DNA of 64,000 bases from a virus. Its lineage: Duplodnaviria; Caudoviricetes. Below, one piece after another: positions 59,160 through 64,000 of this stretch (position 1 is the first letter of the stretch; each line of letters starts with the position of its first letter). The notes beneath the pieces are model-generated. The model searched no databases. It was not told the origin of the DNA and worked only from the letters and a program-made list of their open reading frames with translations. The stretch spans positions 1,829 through 65,828 of the IMG/VR virus record IMGVR_UViG_3300007770_000580. One strand, written 5' to 3'. A program made the translations under genes and the position numbers.

Positions 59160-59978
59160 TTAGTCATATGACTTCTGTAGTAGTTCGTAATCCTTCATGA
59201 ATTTTTGAATTTGTGATTCATCCATTTCAAATTGAATATGTGAGTATCCTGAATTGGTTAGATATGATATAAATTCTGGACTATTTAGGCTTTGTCTAAT
59301 TGTATTAACATCGCCTCCTCGAGCCAATACAAGAACCTTAATTCTTAGATCCGCAAGACTTACAGGATAATAATTTCCAAAGTAATTAGTACTATTTGGA
59401 TCTGTTGTATAAGGACAAACAAGTGTTCCTTTTTCTACCAATGGTGTTGCTACTGCTGACGCAATAAAACCCCAATCAATATCTTTAGCAATAAGTCCTT
59501 TTGCTGTTGCACCACTACCAGAAAAAATTCTAGTTCTTAAAGTATTATCAAATTTAGAATTAAATTCTTTGATCCAAGATTCATGTGGATGCATGCCTGA
59601 CATGCCAAATGTTTCTGAATCTTCTAAAGTAGTAGTATTGTCAGGCAAATGGCATATTTCAAAACTTTGCCATGTATAAAGAACTACTTCATCAGTAATA
59701 AATTCAATTTCACATTCAAGTCCTTTTGGGTTAGCGGCCGCGGCCACGTCCGTTGCATATACAATAATATTGTCGTCATTTCTTAAATATGCACGAGCCG
59801 CGTCTTGGCAATCCCTGCTTTGGTAAAATCTTGAATCAATGCCTAAGTAATTCTGTACTGCAAGTGTAAATCCTGCCATTACACTTGCTCTAGGACTTTG
59901 ATTTATGATTTTAGATTCTGCATATGCTGATGTCATCAAAAACATCGAACATATAATTAATAATATATTTTTTTTCAT
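59160..59978 (-). CDS. Periplasmic substrate-binding protein (TctC-like, divergent)
   Basis: Signal peptide; FSGSG....GLIAKDIDW; adjacent to the TctA-like gene. Confidence 0.55.
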   Translation of the reverse strand: MKKNILLIICSMFLMTSAYAESKIINQSPRASVMAGFTLAVQNYLGIDSRFYQSRDCQDAARAYLRNDDNIIVYATDVAAAANPKGLECEIEFITDEVVLYTWQSFEICHLPDNTTTLEDSETFGMSGMHPHESWIKEFNSKFDNTLRTRIFSGSGATAKGLIAKDIDWGFIASAVATPLVEKGTLVCPYTTDPNSTNYFGNYYPVSLADLRIKVLVLARGGDVNTIRQSLNSPEFISYLTNSGYSHIQFEMDESQIQKFMKDYELLQKSYD

Positions 59979-59986
59979 TTTTTTTC

Positions 59987-60952
59987 CTAATCGAAATTAT
60001 TAAAGTTGTCCCAATCATCTTCTAAAAGACTGCTTACTGATTGTTCATTGTGTATATTAACAATTGCTCTAGCCAATAACGGCGCTATTGTAACCTGTCT
60101 TAAAATAGGTATTTCTCCTAAGGATAACTGGCGATTTCGAATAGAATCAGTAGTTACTATTTCTGTTAAGTCGCTATCGTTAATATTATTAATTGCTTCA
60201 GGAGATAACACTCCGTGGGCAATATACGCTCTAACCTTTGTAGCACCGCACTCTAACAATGCTGTGGCCGCATTACATAATGTTCCAGCACTATCTACGA
60301 TGTCATCTACTATAATGCATTGTTTACCATCTACGTCACCGACAATATTCATAACTTCACTTGCGCCAGGCTCTGGTCGTCGTTTGTCAATAACTGCGAT
60401 ATCTGTATTAAACTTTTTCGCATAACTTCTTGCTCGCTCTGTACCGCCCGCATCAGGACTCACAAACATCAAACTATTTTCTGGAAGTCTATTACGTATA
60501 TCAGACAATAATATGGGGCGAGCATATAATGTATCTACAGGAATATCAAAAAATCCTTGTATTTGCCCTGCATGTAAATCTAGTGTTAATACTCTATCAA
60601 CACCAGCCGTGGTAAGTAGATTTGCCATTAGTTTAGCACTAATAGGTGCTCTACTAGTCATTTTTCTATCTTGTCTAGCGTAGCCATAATATGGCAATAC
60701 TGCTGTAATGCGTCTAGCACTTGCTCTGCGTAGCGCATCTACCATCACAACCAGTTCCATAAAGTTTTCGTTTACTGGACTGCTCGTGCTTTGAATTACA
60801 AATACATCTTCTCCTCGTACATTTTCAAATATCTCTGCTCTTACCTCACCATCAGCAAAACGTCCAATATTGGCTTTTACAAGTGTCGTTCCAGCATATT
60901 GTGAAATTCGTTTCGCTAATTCAAGGTTTGAGTTTCCTGAAATTAGTTTCAC
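59987..60952 (-). CDS. prs: Ribose-phosphate pyrophosphokinase
   Basis: PYYGYARQDR, DLHAGQIQGFF, SPDAGG, VDDIVDSAGT. Confidence 0.95.
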   Translation of the reverse strand: MKLISGNSNLELAKRISQYAGTTLVKANIGRFADGEVRAEIFENVRGEDVFVIQSTSSPVNENFMELVVMVDALRRASARRITAVLPYYGYARQDRKMTSRAPISAKLMANLLTTAGVDRVLTLDLHAGQIQGFFDIPVDTLYARPILLSDIRNRLPENSLMFVSPDAGGTERARSYAKKFNTDIAVIDKRRPEPGASEVMNIVGDVDGKQCIIVDDIVDSAGTLCNAATALLECGATKVRAYIAHGVLSPEAINNINDSDLTEIVTTDSIRNRQLSLGEIPILRQVTIAPLLARAIVNIHNEQSVSSLLEDDWDNFNNFD

Positions 60953-60969
60953 ATTAATATCCTTTGGTG

Positions 60970-61221
60970 TTAATCAATAATTTGCCAAATACCTTCCCAG
61001 CCATAAGTTGATCGTAATTGGTGACCGCTTGGATTCCACGGCACTGTTTTAAAGAAAATCTCTGGATGGACTCGTGTGGCATAATCAAATTTACCCGCAT
61101 AATACTCTCCATTAATCTTACAAAGAAAGCGTTTACCGAATAATTGTTCTTTTTGCACATCCCTTGTACAACCTAATATCCAATCTAAATCATATTGTAA
61201 TAGTTCCATCAATATATTCAT
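60970..61221 (-). CDS. Hypothetical protein
   Basis: Operon context. Confidence 0.5.
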   Translation of the reverse strand: MNILMELLQYDLDWILGCTRDVQKEQLFGKRFLCKINGEYYAGKFDYATRVHPEIFFKTVPWNPSGHQLRSTYGWEGIWQIID

Positions 61222-61747
61222 CCATTATGTTAGTAGTATTTACTAACTCGATGAATAATTCGCCTTCTCTACTAAATGCTTCGTCTTCCCACGGTAGTTC
61301 TTTATAATTAAATTTTTCGCTCTTTGTCCTATGTAACCATTCTATTCGATGAGGTGGCTTACCTGGTCTATTCCACATTGTCGTGCCGTCATCGAAGTGT
61401 TTTAATCTACTCTGTGCGAACTGTGATAAATGGACCATTTCGTGCGCCAAAGTCATCAACATTCGTGTCGTACCTTGTCGCGTACAAAGGTCTATTTGAA
61501 ATTCTCGTGGACGCGTCATATTGTCGTCCAATATACCACACCATCCTAAAATATTTTTTGTCTCGTAGGAGCGGTCCATGCTCTTATAAAGGGAAATATC
61601 TAGGTCAATATTCTTGCATAAATCTTTACGCATGAGAGACCTACCGTAGAACTCAGCAGAATCTTCTAGCAGTTTTACAAGTCTCTTGTTCTGAGTCCTG
61701 TAGCCTTCGACGTTTACTAACATCTTATCTGCCTCCATTGTTCTCAA
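61190..61747 (-). CDS. HExxH metallopeptidase-like protein
   Basis: TLAHEMVH..Q and LPWEDEA. Confidence 0.75.
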   Translation of the reverse strand: MRTMEADKMLVNVEGYRTQNKRLVKLLEDSAEFYGRSLMRKDLCKNIDLDISLYKSMDRSYETKNILGWCGILDDNMTRPREFQIDLCTRQGTTRMLMTLAHEMVHLSQFAQSRLKHFDDGTTMWNRPGKPPHRIEWLHRTKSEKFNYKELPWEDEAFSREGELFIELVNTTNIMDEYIDGTITI

Positions 61748-61964
61748 CCTCCAAGTGTTGCATGAACTTAGACAAGGCTTCGATGTCCTCCTCTGAGAAG
61801 AACGCCGCTGTCGCTTCTGTAACTGCCCTGGAGCCGAATACGATGACCATATCGGCCATCGTATCGTACTTATCCCAGAGTTTAGTCGTCGTCAGATTCT
61901 TCGTCGTCATCTTCGGAATATGCCAATTCTTGGATTGCACCATAATAACGCTTTGCATTTTCAT
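61725..61964 (-). CDS. Hypothetical protein (start uncertain)
   Basis: Operon context. Confidence 0.4.
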   Translation of the reverse strand: MKMQSVIMVQSKNWHIPKMTTKNLTTTKLWDKYDTMADMVIVFGSRAVTEATAAFFSEEDIEALSKFMQHLEVENNGGR

Positions 61965-62244
61965 TATCGTTATCTGTCAGGAAGTTTAGCGCATCTTCCC
62001 ACGTGCCAAAGTGTAATTCTTCTAACGGCCCATTGAGTTTTACCACAGTTCCGCTTTCTGCTTGCTCACCTTCCCATGTAGCAATGCTCGTAAAGTTCCA
62101 TCTAAAACTACCCACCGCATAGCCTATCTTTTCTCCAACCCAGGTAACTCGCTCAGCCATCTCTTTAAGCGATAAGCCTGGTGAGTTTTCTAATACTTCT
62201 TTCGGTGACCAAAATCTAGGATCATTAAGGTTTACTACACTCAT
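61882..62244 (-). CDS. Hypothetical acidic protein
   Basis: GGAG RBS. Confidence 0.6.
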   Translation of the reverse strand: MSVVNLNDPRFWSPKEVLENSPGLSLKEMAERVTWVGEKIGYAVGSFRWNFTSIATWEGEQAESGTVVKLNGPLEELHFGTWEDALNFLTDNDNENAKRYYGAIQELAYSEDDDEESDDD

Positions 62245-62280
62245 TAAATTTCTCCAGTTGTTGTGAATGAGATGAAATTA

Positions 62281-62433
62281 TTAAAAAGAATACTCATTAA
62301 AGTTATCCTTGTATTTTACTTTGCGAGTATAAGTAGTTTTCTTACGCTCAACTTTATGCCCATACGGACTATCACTATCAAACAATTGTTTGTGATAGCG
62401 TGTCTTACGGGAACTGCGTTTACTATTTTTCAT
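62281..62433 (-). CDS. ArfA-like small basic protein, 50 aa, missing from the ORF track
   Basis: MKNSKRSSRKTRYHKQLFDSDSPYGHKVERKKTTYTRKVKYKDNFNEYSF; leaderless promoter. Confidence 0.65.
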   Translation of the reverse strand: MKNSKRSSRKTRYHKQLFDSDSPYGHKVERKKTTYTRKVKYKDNFNEYSF

Positions 62434-62495
62434 ACTTATATTATACAGTTTTTTGGCTGTTGTGTCTAGTTTTTAACATTTTTAAGTATTTGATT
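62434..62495 (-). promoter_or_regulatory. Sigma70 promoter (TAGACA-17-TATAAT) with an IHF-like box 14 bp upstream; leaderless ATG
   Basis: AATCAAATACTTA at 62495-62483. Confidence 0.75.
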
Positions 62496-62816
62496 TTACT
62501 CATCATTTTTTTTAGTAAAGTCTAATGAAACAACATTACCAGCAGGTTTCTTTTTATTGATTTTACTTTTTATCTGCTGGGTGGTATCAATAAGACTGTC
62601 TTCGTCCTTTTCTTCAGTTTCAATGATAACAAAACTAGCAATATCTGGATCTGTTTTTAGCCTAGAATCTAATATATTGGTGAGCCATTTTTGCGAGTAC
62701 TCGTACTCGTCTTTGTCTGCTTGGTCTAATACCACAGTAGTAAAAGGCACATATTCATCAACATCAAACCCTGAACTAGGCTTGTAGGTAAAATATAAAG
62801 TGATTATTGTTTTCAT
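62496..62816 (-). CDS. Hypothetical protein
   Basis: 106-aa ORF. Confidence 0.55.
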   Translation of the reverse strand: MKTIITLYFTYKPSSGFDVDEYVPFTTVVLDQADKDEYEYSQKWLTNILDSRLKTDPDIASFVIIETEEKDEDSLIDTTQQIKSKINKKKPAGNVVSLDFTKKNDE

Positions 62817-62828
62817 ATCTGTAATATA

Positions 62829-62904
62829 TGGTAGGCCTGGCTGGACTCGAACCAGCGACCAGAGACGTATAAGATCCCCACTCTTACCACTGAGTTACAG
62901 GCCT
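62829..62904 (-). tRNA. tRNA-Ile(TAT)
   Basis: gggat-ctTATac-gtctc; acceptor stem aggcctg/caggcct; A73; CCA. Confidence 0.85.
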
Positions 62905-62930
62905 ATGTTGTGTGGGCCTTTTAGCCGGAA

Positions 62931-62993
62931 CGGTCATGCCCAGGACCGATTCAGTGCAGGGTCAGGGCGATCGCCCTGACCTGGACGCACTGA
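62931..62993. other. GC-rich double hairpin with a 22-bp perfect palindrome between tRNAs
   Basis: ggtcagggcga|tcgccctgacc (62960-62981) flanked by tcagtgc/gcactga; cggtc/gaccg. Confidence 0.6.
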
Positions 62994-62998
62994 GATTT

Positions 62999-63086
62999 TG
63001 GTAGCCGAGGCCGGACTCGAACCGGCAATCCCAATCCGGGAGCAAGATTTTAAGTCTTGTGTGTATACCAATTTCACCACTCGGCC
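62999..63086 (-). tRNA. tRNA-Leu(TAA)
   Basis: Cloverleaf with variable arm; CCA. Confidence 0.92.
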
Positions 63087-63106
63087 ATAGTCCATCGAAT
63101 TAGTGA

Positions 63107-63412
63107 TCATGAGTAGGCTTCTCGTTCTTCCCACTCCATATCAACCATTGTTTCTTCCCAGAGTAAATATTCTTTTCGGGATTCTTCATCAACAGCAAAA
63201 CATCGATCGCACTGATTGAAAGGTGCTTCTTCCCACTCATCAGGATTATCCTCCATACGTGGAATAATATCCTCATCCCATTCAGTCCATGGAATCCAAT
63301 CAGACGATGCTCTTTGATCGCTTGCGAGTGATGTTTGCTCGTTAAGACATAGTTCGCAATGATAAAAATTGGTTCTGTTTCCGTTTTCAATTCTTCTGTA
63401 AATGCGTGGCAT
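63107..63412 (-). CDS. Hypothetical acidic protein with two CxxC motifs
   Basis: GGAGG RBS; CELC and CDRC. Confidence 0.6.
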   Translation of the reverse strand: MPRIYRRIENGNRTNFYHCELCLNEQTSLASDQRASSDWIPWTEWDEDIIPRMEDNPDEWEEAPFNQCDRCFAVDEESRKEYLLWEETMVDMEWEEREAYS

Positions 63413-63426
63413 TATTTGCCTCCTTA

Positions 63427-63837
63427 CTATACTCCTTTACGAAAAAATCTGTATTCAGGGTTAGGTGATTTGCCCATTAGGTCATAAAGCATGTACTCGG
63501 CCTCTTTATTCTTCCCACCAATGTGCCAATCATATTCACCTTTTCCATCACCATGACATCCATAACGGGAAGCCTCTGGGCTGGTTTCTTTCCAATCGTA
63601 GATATCGCAGTATATGATATCTTCAACCTCGCCTTTTTTGTTGTAGATCTCGAACTCAATATCCCAAGAGTTCCATACCTTGTCGCACATCGTACCGTTA
63701 GGCTCACCAAACATTTCAACCAGTTTGTCGTAACTTATACGAATGTAGCCAATCAAATGTGATCCAGCAACAATGCTGTCGGTCGTATCAAACGATACGA
63801 CGGTATCAGCATGGGGGTTTATCCATCTTTGTGACAT
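63427..63837 (-). CDS. Hypothetical phage protein (start MSQRW)
   Basis: AAGGAG RBS; Y.KLVE.FGEP...IYDWK...WHIGG motif. Confidence 0.7.
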   Translation of the reverse strand: MSQRWINPHADTVVSFDTTDSIVAGSHLIGYIRISYDKLVEMFGEPNGTMCDKVWNSWDIEFEIYNKKGEVEDIIYCDIYDWKETSPEASRYGCHGDGKGEYDWHIGGKNKEAEYMLYDLMGKSPNPEYRFFRKGV

Positions 63838-63847
63838 TATTGTCTCC

Positions 63848-63958
63848 TTAAATGTAAAGGGGTGTATCTTCAGAGTATCCGTGGATAACCCGAGCAGCCT
63901 GTTTGTTACCTTCTTCGGTAAACATTCCATCTGTTTCGACGTATCCGTATTTTTTCAT
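63848..63958 (-). CDS. Small hypothetical protein, 36 aa (MKKYGYVETDGMFTEEGNKQ...)
   Basis: Hand-translated; GMFTEEGN motif. Confidence 0.45.
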   Translation of the reverse strand: MKKYGYVETDGMFTEEGNKQAARVIHGYSEDTPLYI

Positions 63959-64000
63959 AACTCTATTCCGCACTCGTTAGCAACTTCAACACGCACCGCA

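Overview
This window is a 64-kb, AT-rich, gene-dense segment of a large tailed-phage genome (T4-like or jumbo myovirus type, probably aquatic, probably infecting a Proteobacterium). Almost all genes lie on the minus strand, with four plus-strand insertions. It encodes proteostasis genes (ClpA, peptide deformylase, DnaJ, GroES, HtrA), glycine-rich tail-fibre genes and baseplate genes, and a holin/spanin-like lysis cassette. It also has two TctA/TctC (tripartite tricarboxylate transporter) modules embedded in enzyme clusters (amidinotransferase, methyltransferases, sulfotransferase-like, 2OG/cupin, PP-loop), five radical SAM proteins, PhoH, a clamp loader, a DnaE fragment, dUTPase, PRPP synthase, glutathione peroxidase, a type IV pilin and 14 tRNAs. 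Reading beyond the ORF track revealed: (i) four sigma70 promoters with an IHF-consensus box exactly 14 bp upstream of the -35 element; (ii) widespread leaderless starts after TATAAT or T4-type TAAATA promoters; (iii) an HNH endonuclease in the tRNA cluster whose RBS is sequestered in a hairpin with a late promoter in the loop, plus decayed HNH remnants; (iv) candidate structured ncRNAs; (v) an unannotated ArfA-like ORF; and (vi) unusual tRNAs (Asn with a long variable arm, Ile-UAU). All protein calls come from motif recognition by eye. No database searches were run.
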